Source: an uncultured Verrucomicrobiae bacterium
GTDB taxonomy: Bacteria > Verrucomicrobiota > Verrucomicrobiia > Chthoniobacterales > JAFAMB01
Assembly (NCBI GenBank): GCA_963762565.1
Contig: CAVXLD010000001.1
Span: 1,408,001-1,472,000 of the forward strand
Direction: 5' to 3'
DNA length: 64,000 nt
Both the position numbers and the translations under genes were made by a program. Positions 29,638 through 38,405 of this stretch are shown in pieces. Under the pieces are notes generated by a model, which worked only from the letters and a program-made list of their open reading frames with translations, was not told the origin of the DNA and did no database searches. Position 1 is the stretch's first letter, and each line of letters begins with the position of its first letter.

Positions 29638-31323
29638 TTACTCTTTTGTCAGCTTTGCCTTGGCTAAAAGGTATTCGTTGTAAGTAGTCTGGTTGGTAGC
29701 AACGCATCGGGCGTAATAATCTGCGGCTTTTTCTCGATCCCCTGCCAGTTGGCGTTTAAGCCCGGCAAAAAACCATCCTTCGCATGTCTGTCCCCGAATA
29801 GCGACGCCGCTACGCCCGGTTTTGGCCGCTGCCAAGAGCGACGCCTCATCTGTCTTGTCCAGCAAGAAGGCCGCAATCGTCTTCAACCACAACTGAGAGT
29901 TACGTAACTGATTACTTTGGAGATAGTCGGTTAGGCGTTGGTTAGCTTCCGCGACCCGGTTTTGTTGGGCCAGAATCATCCAGAGATAGATTTGACCGTA
30001 GAAACGAACCCGATCGGTTTGCGCTCGCTCGAGCGCCTGTTTTAGGTCCGTGAATGCGCCATCCAAATTAGCGTCCGCTAACTTAATCACCGCCCGTCCA
30101 TTGTAGCCGACAGCATCCGTCGTATCGATTTTTACCGCGGCGTCATAATCTGCCAGCGCGCCGGTCAGATCTCCTTTAGCCCCTCGGAGAAAGCCGCGAT
30201 AACGGTAGCCGGCGGCCTGTTTTGGATCCAATTCGAGCGCTTTGTTGAAATCGCTCTCAGCTTGATCAAGGTCACCACGCCGAACCCGAATGGCCCCACG
30301 ATCCAAGTAAGCGGCCGCGGATTCGGGCCGCAACTGGACTTGAGCGTTCTCGTCGGTTAACGCGGCAGCGGTATCACCCAGGTCCCAGTCGGCAAACCCC
30401 CGCAGAGCGAGAGCGGAAGCGTCCTGTGGCTTAATCTGCAAGGCTCGATTGTAATCGGCGATCGCACCTGCCGAATCATAATTCTCGTGCTTAGCTCGGC
30501 CTCGCTGCACATACGCACTGGCCATCCGCGGATCGACTTTGATAACCTTTGTTAAGTCGGTCTGGGCTCCGTCGTAGTCCCCCACGTCCATCTTAGTAAT
30601 GCCCTCCCAGAAATAGAGGTTGGCCCGGCTTTTGATCAGATTTTGTTCGTGCTTATAACTATTCAGCGCACCGCTAAAATTCAGGACGAACACCTTATGT
30701 AATTCGTTGGTGTGCTCGGACTCAATCCATTTGTTCTGGAGTCTGATGGCTTCTTCGTAATCGGCCAGCGCCGCCGGGAACGCTTTCAGCAGCCGGTTTG
30801 CTCGGGCGCGTCTGATGAAGGCTTGATCAAACTGAGGGCTATATTCCACCGCTTTGGTATAGTCCTCAATAGCTCCCCGCAAGTCTTTGCGCTCTTGTTT
30901 CAGACTGCCGCGACTGACGTACGCGACGCCAAACTGCGGACTAATGTTGATCACTTTGTTGTAGTCGGCCAAAGCACCATCGAAATCGGACTGCGCTTGC
31001 TTTGCGCTACCTCTGCCTAGGTAGGCCATAAAAAATGACGGTGCTATCTGAATAGTTTTGTCGTAATCGGCGATGGCTCCAACCAAATCCGGTAGGCTCT
31101 GTTTAGCGTTGGCCCGACGATAATAAGCTGCCGCAAAGTCTTTGCGCAGCTCGATGGCTTTAGTGAAAAGATTGATGGCTCCGGCGAGATCGCCTCGAAC
31201 TTGGTGCGCAATGCCCCAACTGAAATAGTTATCCGCAGTTGCCGGAGGAAGGGGCCGGCTGCAAGCGATTGGCAAGAGCCCGAGCAAGAGGAAGAGAAAC
31301 CGCGAATGCACGCGAATGGACAC
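29638..31323 (-). CDS. Tetratricopeptide-repeat protein, probable lipoprotein
   Basis: Many 34-aa AY..RG..K...GD..GA.ADY repeats; hydrophobic N-terminus ending in Cys. Confidence 0.88.
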   Translation of the reverse strand: MSIRVHSRFLFLLLGLLPIACSRPLPPATADNYFSWGIAHQVRGDLAGAINLFTKAIELRKDFAAAYYRRANAKQSLPDLVGAIADYDKTIQIAPSFFMAYLGRGSAKQAQSDFDGALADYNKVINISPQFGVAYVSRGSLKQERKDLRGAIEDYTKAVEYSPQFDQAFIRRARANRLLKAFPAALADYEEAIRLQNKWIESEHTNELHKVFVLNFSGALNSYKHEQNLIKSRANLYFWEGITKMDVGDYDGAQTDLTKVIKVDPRMASAYVQRGRAKHENYDSAGAIADYNRALQIKPQDASALALRGFADWDLGDTAAALTDENAQVQLRPESAAAYLDRGAIRVRRGDLDQAESDFNKALELDPKQAAGYRYRGFLRGAKGDLTGALADYDAAVKIDTTDAVGYNGRAVIKLADANLDGAFTDLKQALERAQTDRVRFYGQIYLWMILAQQNRVAEANQRLTDYLQSNQLRNSQLWLKTIAAFLLDKTDEASLLAAAKTGRSGVAIRGQTCEGWFFAGLKRQLAGDREKAADYYARCVATNQTTYNEYLLAKAKLTKE

Positions 31324-31726
31324 GAAGTTGAGTTACGCCGAACACATACAAACCACAACCGCAGATGGAAGCAGCCGTCGCTAAAGGTATGGCGGGAAAG
31401 CTGCAGATAAAATGATCCGCAGATTACACAGATTACGCAGATTACGATCTGGGAGCGAATGTAAGCGGTCAGGCTAGTGAGACCGCGTCCTCGTGTCGCG
31501 TTTCTCCGACCGCCGGTCGTATCAACACCCCAAACGAAATCTGCGTAATCTGCGTAATCTGCGGATATTAAGAACGCTTCCTCGGCTGCTCCACGGCGAG
31601 GCGCGATGCATGTCCCCGCAATAATTTCTATTCGCGTCCATTCGCGGCTTGCCTTTGTCTTTGGCTCCCTCTATCTGCGTAAATTTCACCCCGGAGAATT
31701 TCGGGGCTGCGTTCATCTGCGGTTGG
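31297..31726. repeat. Compound cluster of CGAAT and CGCAGAT 9/10-mer arms with hairpin inserts
   Basis: Left arms at 31297, 31356 and 31415; right arms at 31538, 31629 and 31672. Confidence 0.85.
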
Positions 31727-31732
31727 TCTCTC

Positions 31733-32503
31733 TCACATGGCCCAACGCGGCAGGGTCCGTGACGCATCGGCGAGCGCGCGGTCTAACTTGCGCCAGTTTG
31801 GTTCGAACCGTTCGACTAACTTCCAGAATCGAATGGAGTGATTCAGTTCCTTGGTATGGCAAAGTTCATGCAGCAGCACATAGGTGGCAATTTCCGGCGC
31901 CACGAATAATAGGCGAGCATTCAGACTAATATTTCCGCTTCTGGAACAACTGCCCCAACGAGTCTTTTGTAACCTTACCGTAAATCGAGAATAGGTGAGC
32001 CGTGTTCGTTCGCTCAGTTGTTTAAGCCAAACGCTGAATACTTTTTCCGCCCGAGCGATTAACCAGGCGCGCAAAACTGTCCGCCAGGTGTTATCCCGCC
32101 AATCGCCGCGCAAATGAAGATGATGTCGCGGACGCTCTTCTAGTTGGGGACTTGCTCCGATGATATGCTCCTGACTGATCGTCCAGGTTTCAGCGATTGC
32201 CGGTAACGAAATAGTCTCCGGAGGCGTCTTCAGCTCCCGGTTGGCTGCCAATTGCTCATCGCAAAGTCTTTTCAGTGCTCGTTCAATCCAGGTCCGGTTC
32301 TTCGCTAAGACCTCGGGTATTTGGCGGCGGGCGGCAGCCGATGGAACCACGACCTCGAGACCGTGCGTAACGGTTACGCGTAAGATAATTCGTTTTGCCC
32401 GGCGATTTTCACGTACCCGGTACGTGAAAGCCTGTCGCGCCGTAGCCTTGGCTAAGGCGGACACCTCTGCAAACGGCAGGAATAGCTGATCTGGTGTGCC
32501 CAT
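31733..32503 (-). CDS. YgjP/DUF45 (SprT-like) zinc-dependent hydrolase
   Basis: QKTRWGSCS, YVLLHELCH and NHS..FW motifs. Confidence 0.88.
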   Translation of the reverse strand: MGTPDQLFLPFAEVSALAKATARQAFTYRVRENRRAKRIILRVTVTHGLEVVVPSAAARRQIPEVLAKNRTWIERALKRLCDEQLAANRELKTPPETISLPAIAETWTISQEHIIGASPQLEERPRHHLHLRGDWRDNTWRTVLRAWLIARAEKVFSVWLKQLSERTRLTYSRFTVRLQKTRWGSCSRSGNISLNARLLFVAPEIATYVLLHELCHTKELNHSIRFWKLVERFEPNWRKLDRALADASRTLPRWAM

Positions 32504-32548
32504 GGGTGAGGCTGAGATATCAGAGTTTTGACCCTGATATATCCGATT

Positions 32549-33349
32549 TCAGGGCAGGACCTCAGCTAAAAATTTGATAATGATCTCGTTGAACTGGTGC
32601 GCCTGTTCAATGTTGCCAATGTGAGCCGCGCCGGTCAGGAACTTTAATTGGGCGTTTTTGATCCTGGATTGAATGGTTTTCGAAACGCTCTCGGGAAACG
32701 CTTGATCAAATTCACCGGGAACCACGAGCGTGGGTACGGTTATGCTCGAGAGTCGATCGAGGGTATCCAGTTCCTGGATAGCTCGACAACCGTTGATGAA
32801 TCCGGCTGGTGATGTCTTTCGGTACAAGCTTCTAACCCAATCGATGGTGGCAGGAGCAGCTGCCGCGAATGCGGGTGTAAACCATCTGGTCATGCTAGCA
32901 TCGACCTGCGTCTCGATTCCTCGCTCGTTCACATCGGCGATGCGATCCTCGAAGATTTTTCTTCCGGTTTCATTGGTCTGGCAGCCGGTGCTGCAAAGGA
33001 CTAAGGCGTAGAGCCGGTCCGGATAAAGGAATGCGAAATGTTGGGCGATCATGCCACCGATTGAAAGTCCCACCAAAGCTATCCTCTTTATTCCCACGTG
33101 ATCGAGAAGCGCAGCCAGTTCATTAGCGAAATCATCGAAAGAATCCTGCCCGACTGGAGGGTCGCTGTCGCCATGACCCGGTAGGTCGTAAACCAGAACC
33201 CGGAATTTCGAGGTTAAGAGAGGTAACTGATACCCCCACATCTCGGCACTGGCTCCCAAGGAGTGGCCCAGCACGACAGCCGGCGCGCTCTCTGGCCCAA
33301 GCAACGCGTAGGCGATCTTTCTTCCATTAATCTCCGTCTTTTGTTTCAT
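32549..33349 (-). CDS. Alpha/beta hydrolase, 3-oxoadipate enol-lactonase-like
   Basis: HSLG, YDLPGHG, GLSIGG and AAH..NIEQ motifs. Confidence 0.8.
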   Translation of the reverse strand: MKQKTEINGRKIAYALLGPESAPAVVLGHSLGASAEMWGYQLPLLTSKFRVLVYDLPGHGDSDPPVGQDSFDDFANELAALLDHVGIKRIALVGLSIGGMIAQHFAFLYPDRLYALVLCSTGCQTNETGRKIFEDRIADVNERGIETQVDASMTRWFTPAFAAAAPATIDWVRSLYRKTSPAGFINGCRAIQELDTLDRLSSITVPTLVVPGEFDQAFPESVSKTIQSRIKNAQLKFLTGAAHIGNIEQAHQFNEIIIKFLAEVLP

Positions 33350-33581
33350 CGGTTGTGATTGGTCGAACCGTTCTCGACGGTGACGGTCCGGTAGCTGGTC
33401 CTTGGCGTCAATATGCAGAAGCTTCTTTCTCGTTCTCGAATCCGGTCCCGCGGAGTAATGGAGTACAGGAGTTTTGGAGTACTGGTCTAGGTCCTTTCTT
33501 TGTTCTGCATTCGGCTTCTCTTCATGGTGATTTGTGATTCGCGAAAGGCGCCATCTTGTTCTATTTGCTATTCGCGAAGCG

Positions 33582-34199
33582 ATGAAATGGGACGAGCTCT
33601 ATCAAGCGAAGGAAACGCCTTGGGAGAAAGGGGCGCCTGCTCCTCCGCTATTGGAATGGTTACGGATGCGCGGCCCACTAGAAGGAGAGGTGCTCGTACC
33701 GGGGTGCGGCCACGGACATGACGTTCGCGCGATCGCTGCCGCTTCCCCAAAGAGTACGGTGGTCGGCATTGACATTTCCATAACCGCTCTAAGCGAAGCC
33801 ATAAAATATCCTAGTGTCGGCCGCGAAGTATTTCAGTCGGCTGACATCTTTGCTTTACCCCAGTCGCTGCAGTGCCGCTTTGATTGGCTTTTTGAGCACA
33901 CTTGTTTCTGCGCAATTCAACCGGAACAACGCCTTGATTACATAAAAATGGCGGTTTCAGCGCTTAAACCGGATGGACAACTGCTGGCGATCTTCTTTTT
34001 GAATCCATGGGATCCCGGAGACGAAGTCCCCGAGGGCGGAGGTCCGCCGTTCGGCGTTGCTAAAGAAGAGCTCGAGAATCTTTTTAGTCCGCACTTTAGT
34101 CTCGTCGAGGAGTTCAAGCCGAACACAGCTTATCCGGGACGCGAAGGCCGGGAGACTGTGAGACTACTGCGGAAGAAACGTGTGGGCGTGTCGGCGTAA
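33582..34199 (+). CDS. TPMT/HOL-type SAM methyltransferase
   Basis: TPWEKG, VLVPGCGHGHD, EHTCFCAI and GPPFG motifs; ATG at 33582. Confidence 0.88.
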   Translation: MKWDELYQAKETPWEKGAPAPPLLEWLRMRGPLEGEVLVPGCGHGHDVRAIAAASPKSTVVGIDISITALSEAIKYPSVGREVFQSADIFALPQSLQCRFDWLFEHTCFCAIQPEQRLDYIKMAVSALKPDGQLLAIFFLNPWDPGDEVPEGGGPPFGVAKEELENLFSPHFSLVEEFKPNTAYPGREGRETVRLLRKKRVGVSA

Positions 34200-34220
34200 C
34201 GGCGTATCGAAGCCCAGGGC

Positions 34221-34484
34221 TGGTGGGGCGAGGCTCCGGAACGGGCGCTGATATTTCCAAGGCTTTTCGCGGGGTTCCACCGCAATGTGTCTCGGGCCGA
34301 TACGCTGCCGAGCCGCGATCCTGATTCGCCAACACCCAGGAACGCCAAAATCACCCACAAACAGTTTCAGCTGCACCGCGCTGGGCAACGGCTCGGCAGC
34401 GTACGGGCCCAACCCGTCACAAATACACTCACCCAGCTAACCTTCGCCCCAAGTTCTAGCCCGTTCCGGAGCCTCGCCCCACCA
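34221..34484. mobile_element. REPIN/MITE-like element, family A, inside GGCGTGTC-type 8-mer arms
   Basis: Perfect 26-bp IR TGGTGGGGCGAGGCTCCGGAACGGGC; inner GCTGCCGAGCCG / CGGCTCGGCAGC. Confidence 0.85.
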
Positions 34485-34522
34485 ACGCTGAACTTCGTTC
34501 ACCCAAACATCCGACACGCCGA

Positions 34523-35137
34523 CTACGTCCCATAAAGCCGGTCACCATAGTCACCTAGCCCCGGCAAAATATATCTTTGTGCGTTCAGTTCCCGGTCGAG
34601 AGCGGCAGCAAAAATCTGGATGGACGGATCCACTGCTTCTACGGCTTTGACCCCTTCCGGCGCTGCCACCACACACACAACCGAAATGTTCTGCCCACCA
34701 TTCTCTTGAACCAGCCGGACGGTTTGCACTGCGGAACCGCCAGTTGCCAACATCGGATCGACAATCAAGACATGCCGGCCAGCTAACGGAGGAAGTTTAC
34801 AGTAATAGTTCCGGGCAACCGCCGTCTCATGATCGCGCTCTAATCCGACATAACCGATACTGACATCCGGAAACAGGTCAGTGAACGGCTGCACTAAACC
34901 GATAGCGGCTCGCAAGATAGGAACTAGCACCAAAGAATCACCCAAAACCGCCCCGCGATACGTTTCTAACGGCGTCTCGATTACGGTTTCCTTAGTCTGC
35001 AGGTTCCGGGTCGATTCCAACGCCAGCAACAGACCGATTTGGTAGGTCAACGTCCGGAAAGTAACCGGTTTAGTTGTCCGATCGCGCAAATGGGTCATGA
35101 TGTGCGCGCCCAGCGGATGGTTGAGCAGACGGAGCAT
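34523..35137 (-). CDS. upp: Uracil phosphoribosyltransferase
   Basis: PILRA, VDPMLATGGS and YILPGLGDYGDRLYGT motifs. Confidence 0.95.
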   Translation of the reverse strand: MLRLLNHPLGAHIMTHLRDRTTKPVTFRTLTYQIGLLLALESTRNLQTKETVIETPLETYRGAVLGDSLVLVPILRAAIGLVQPFTDLFPDVSIGYVGLERDHETAVARNYYCKLPPLAGRHVLIVDPMLATGGSAVQTVRLVQENGGQNISVVCVVAAPEGVKAVEAVDPSIQIFAAALDRELNAQRYILPGLGDYGDRLYGT

Positions 35138-35214
35138 TGAAGAGGAAGGATATAGAATCCAGGAGCCAGAATCCAGGAGCTTCCAGGGGATAATCGTGAC
35201 CCAAAAGAAAGCTT

Positions 35215-35364
35215 AACCGCAAATGGACGCAGATTAACGCAGATAAAAGCCAATCCGAACAAACGCTTTGGACGGGAACAAACGCGAATCAAGATTAGAG
35301 GTGCATAAAAGCGAACTGGCGCTCCCACCCCATTATCTGGGTAAATCTGCGTCTGTCTGCGGTT
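35215..35364. repeat. Empty CGCAGAT decamer inverted pair (GxxExxY-type arms)
   Basis: AACCGCAAATGGACGCAGATTAACGCAGATAA / TTATCTGGGTAAATCTGCGTCTGTCTGCGGTT. Confidence 0.82.
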
Positions 35365-35436
35365 GATTTCGTTCTCCGCATCCGTCGAGCCTATTAACGG
35401 TTGAAAATTTTCGATGAAACGCAGAATCTTCGGCTT

Positions 35437-36900
35437 ATGTCCGATCCTGTCTCATCTTCGGGAGCAACTGCAGCTCCTGCTCGTACCGGCGGAAAATATC
35501 TTACCTTACCGGATCAACAGCGGACCACGATGCCCCCCGGTGTGCCTTACATCATCGGAAATGAGGCAGCGGAACGCTTCAGTTTTTATGGGATGCGGTC
35601 GATTCTCACGGTTTTCATGACGAAATACCTGTTGGATCGGAGCGGCCACCTGGCTGTGATGGGCGATGACGAAGCTGGCTCCTGGAGCCATCTTTTTGTT
35701 TCCGCGGTATATTTGCTACCGATCCTCGGTGCGCTCTTATCGGACGGAGTTATAGGGAAATTCAGGACGATCTTTTATCTATCAATCGTCTATTGTTTCG
35801 GCCACTTTTCTTTGGCTTTGGACGATACGCGTCTGGGGTTATTCTTAGGTCTGCTATTAATTTCGTTTGGCGCCGGCGGCATTAAGCCGTGTGTTTCGGC
35901 CAATGTGGGGGATCAATTCGGTCAAGGAAACAAGCACCTGCTCCCCAGGGTGTTCTCCTGGTTCTACTTCTCTATCAATGTCGGCTCGTTCGTCTCCATC
36001 TGGGTCTGCCCGATCTTACTCGATAATCCAAGATTTGGCCCGCACTATGCCTTTGGGCTACCGGGCGTGTTCATGGTGATTGCCACCATCGTGTTTTGGC
36101 TGGGCCGCAAGAAATTCGTACATGTCCGACCTGGCGGCCTTGGTTTCGTCCGTGAAGCCGTAAGTCGCGAAGGCCGCTCTGCCATCGGCCAATTGTTCTT
36201 GATCTACCTGTTCGTCGCGATTTTTTGGGCCCTATGGGATCAAAGCGCCGGAATCGAATGGACGCTGCAAGCCGAACACCTGAATTTAAATTTATTCGAT
36301 ATCCAGCTGTTTGGCTGGCATTTCGGAATGAAATTCTTAGCGGCTCAAGTGTCCGACGCTAACGCTATTTTGATTTTGATTTTTATCCCCCTGTTTAGCT
36401 ACGTCGTTTATCCGCTCATCAATCGGGTGTTTCCGTTAACTCCACTGCGCAAGATCGGTATCGGCCTGTTCGTCATGGCAATCGCATTTGCCATTGTTTG
36501 GTGGTTACAGGTTCGGATTGATGCCGGCGAGACTCCGAATGTCGGATGGCAGTTGTTAGCCTACGTATTCCTGACCGCGAGCGAAACGATGGTTTCAATA
36601 ACCGGTTTAGAGTTTTCTTATACCCAGGCGCCACCAAAGATGAAGAGCGCCATTATGGCGGTCTGGTTGTTAGTGGTTTCTCTCGGAAATTTGTTCACCG
36701 CATTCATTCATAAGCTCGTTCCAACGCTTAAGCCGCTGGGTCTCAATCTTGAAAACGCTGGGTGGTTTCAATTTTTCACGCTGCTAATGCTGGCAACAGC
36801 GGTCCTATACGTTTTTGTCGCTCGCTGGTACCGGGGGAAAACTTATATCCAAGGTGAAGAACTTACCGAATTAGCCACGGCCGAAACACTCAGCAGCTAG
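35437..36900 (+). CDS. POT family proton-dependent oligopeptide transporter
   Basis: EAAERFSFYGMR, GGIKP and FYFSINVG motifs. Confidence 0.92.
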   Translation: MSDPVSSSGATAAPARTGGKYLTLPDQQRTTMPPGVPYIIGNEAAERFSFYGMRSILTVFMTKYLLDRSGHLAVMGDDEAGSWSHLFVSAVYLLPILGALLSDGVIGKFRTIFYLSIVYCFGHFSLALDDTRLGLFLGLLLISFGAGGIKPCVSANVGDQFGQGNKHLLPRVFSWFYFSINVGSFVSIWVCPILLDNPRFGPHYAFGLPGVFMVIATIVFWLGRKKFVHVRPGGLGFVREAVSREGRSAIGQLFLIYLFVAIFWALWDQSAGIEWTLQAEHLNLNLFDIQLFGWHFGMKFLAAQVSDANAILILIFIPLFSYVVYPLINRVFPLTPLRKIGIGLFVMAIAFAIVWWLQVRIDAGETPNVGWQLLAYVFLTASETMVSITGLEFSYTQAPPKMKSAIMAVWLLVVSLGNLFTAFIHKLVPTLKPLGLNLENAGWFQFFTLLMLATAVLYVFVARWYRGKTYIQGEELTELATAETLSS

Positions 36901-36994
36901 GAAGAAATCCAACCGCAGCCCCGAAATTCTCCGGGGTGAAATGGACGCAGATTTGAACCGCGAATGGACACGAATAGACGCGAATAATGTGTCT

Positions 36995-37414
36995 TCAAGC
37001 GCACTCCAGATCGTCGGGGTTGCGGCAATCGGTACTAATGAGACGTTCCCATTCCAATTTTGCGTACTTAAAGTTGAGGATTATTCCAACCGGTAATCGG
37101 CTGATCTTGAGGTAATTCAGCATTTGCCCTCTTTCATGGTTGGTATTCTTATCGATCACTTTGGTATCTACGATGATCCTGCCAAGGACGACTAGGTCTG
37201 GAGTGAATTGGCCGACCTTGACCTTCTTGTAGATAATATCAAAAGGCCTTTGTTGCTGATAGGGCATGTCACGAAGCTGGAATTCGACCGCCAAAGCCCG
37301 CTCATAGGGTTTTTCATGAATCCCGTGGCCAAGCTCCCGTAAAACCTCGATCGCCGCACCCACAATAGAGTAGACCTCCTTAAAAAGGATCTGAGGCGCT
37401 GCTTTCTGCTTCAC
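36995..37414 (-). CDS. GxxExxY protein (PD-(D/E)XK nuclease superfamily)
   Basis: LGHGIHEKPY motif; PD...IIVDTK catalytic core; QMLNYL; GIILNF; 139 aa. Confidence 0.92.
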   Translation of the reverse strand: MKQKAAPQILFKEVYSIVGAAIEVLRELGHGIHEKPYERALAVEFQLRDMPYQQQRPFDIIYKKVKVGQFTPDLVVLGRIIVDTKVIDKNTNHERGQMLNYLKISRLPVGIILNFKYAKLEWERLISTDCRNPDDLECA

Positions 37415-37419
37415 GAAAT

Positions 37420-37447
37420 GCTATAACATATAATAATGATGTATCAA
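37420..37447 (-). promoter_or_regulatory. Candidate sigma70 promoter for a leaderless GxxExxY transcript
   Basis: Minus strand TTGATA-N16-TATAGC (with TGn extension), 5 nt before the GTG; very AT-rich patch. Confidence 0.4.
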
Positions 37448-37617
37448 TATTTGGCGCTCGGGATTCATCCCGAATCGTTCGATCCGCTAACCGCCTGCCC
37501 GCCGACCCACGAATCTCGGAGAAACCCGTATTCGTGTTCATTCGTGTCCATTCGTGGTTTCTTCGTCCTGCTTTCATCTGCGGTTGTTCTCTTCGCCGTT
37601 CGTGCCCAAAGTAATCT

Positions 37618-38160
37618 ATGCGAACCCCAATCTGGTTGGTGATCCTTCTCGGTCTTGTTGGTTGTACTCACCAGGAGGTCACTGAACAGATTTCTATCGG
37701 CGGCCACAGAGTCGTCACCTTCAAGCGCGTCGGAAATGAATTCGCTAGATCTGAGAACGATCGGTTTGCGGTGGTAGAAGCGGGTCTGACTACTTATCGA
37801 ACGGAGGGAAGGAACTTTGTTCGCTGGCAATTCGCGATCCGGCCGAGACCGGAGACCCAGTTGGCGGTTGTCGAAGTAGAAGACGTAACCGGCAGAAGAC
37901 CAGTTTTGCTAAGCAAAGATGAACATCCCCAGATCGAAGAACTACAATGGAGCGGGCAAGGCCCACTGATCCGAGCAACACCGGCCCTGGTTCCCTGGCT
38001 ATTTACCCCGGCTGAAAGTACGCACGTCTTCCGAATCACGGTCACTGAGCCGGACGGCAAACGGTCCTCGCTCTATGAGGCGACACGCTACACCGCAGAC
38101 GCGAAGAAGAAATTCCGCATCATGATGGGGCCAGAATTGCAGAATCCGCCGCAAAGCTGA
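37618..38160 (+). CDS. Hypothetical lipoprotein
   Basis: MRTPIWLVILLGLVGC lipobox. Confidence 0.7.
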   Translation: MRTPIWLVILLGLVGCTHQEVTEQISIGGHRVVTFKRVGNEFARSENDRFAVVEAGLTTYRTEGRNFVRWQFAIRPRPETQLAVVEVEDVTGRRPVLLSKDEHPQIEELQWSGQGPLIRATPALVPWLFTPAESTHVFRITVTEPDGKRSSLYEATRYTADAKKKFRIMMGPELQNPPQS

Positions 38161-38173
38161 AAGCGGAAGGTAG

Positions 38174-38359
38174 CCGTGGAGCGTGCCTCGCTTGCGAGGC
38201 CGTGGTGAGCAAAGCGGACGATGTAGTCACGCGCATTGGCGGGCTGGCTTTTTCGTGTCTATAGGAGAAGGTCGCGACATAGAGCACCGACCGAGATGTG
38301 TTCTGAATCACGGTGTTCCCTTGATCACCACGGCCTCGCAAGCGAGGCACGCTCCACGG
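38174..38359. mobile_element. REP doublet (REPIN-like), family D
   Basis: Perfect 35-bp IR CCGTGGAGCGTGCCTCGCTTGCGAGGCCGTGGTGA; each arm holds a GCCTCGC-TT-GCGAGGC hairpin. Confidence 0.82.
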
Positions 38360-38405
38360 GTTTCCTCCCATTGACAACCCTCGGTAAGCTTCTGAGATTC
38401 AAGCG

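Larger units (their letters stand above)
36905..37586. mobile_element. Putative GxxExxY nuclease cassette bounded by two layers of inverted decamer arrays
   Basis: Outer CAACCGCAG...GACGCAGAT / ATCTGCGGTTG; inner AACCGCGAATGGACACGAATAGACGCGAATA (36956-36986) / TATTCGTGTTCATTCGTGTCCATTCGTGGTT (37529-37559). Mobility is inferred, not shown. Confidence 0.6.

Noticed and set aside
26211..33349. A pca (beta-ketoadipate) gene cluster
   Set aside because: The pcaF-like and pcaD-like genes are 5 kb apart on opposite strands with unrelated genes between, and no other pca genes are present
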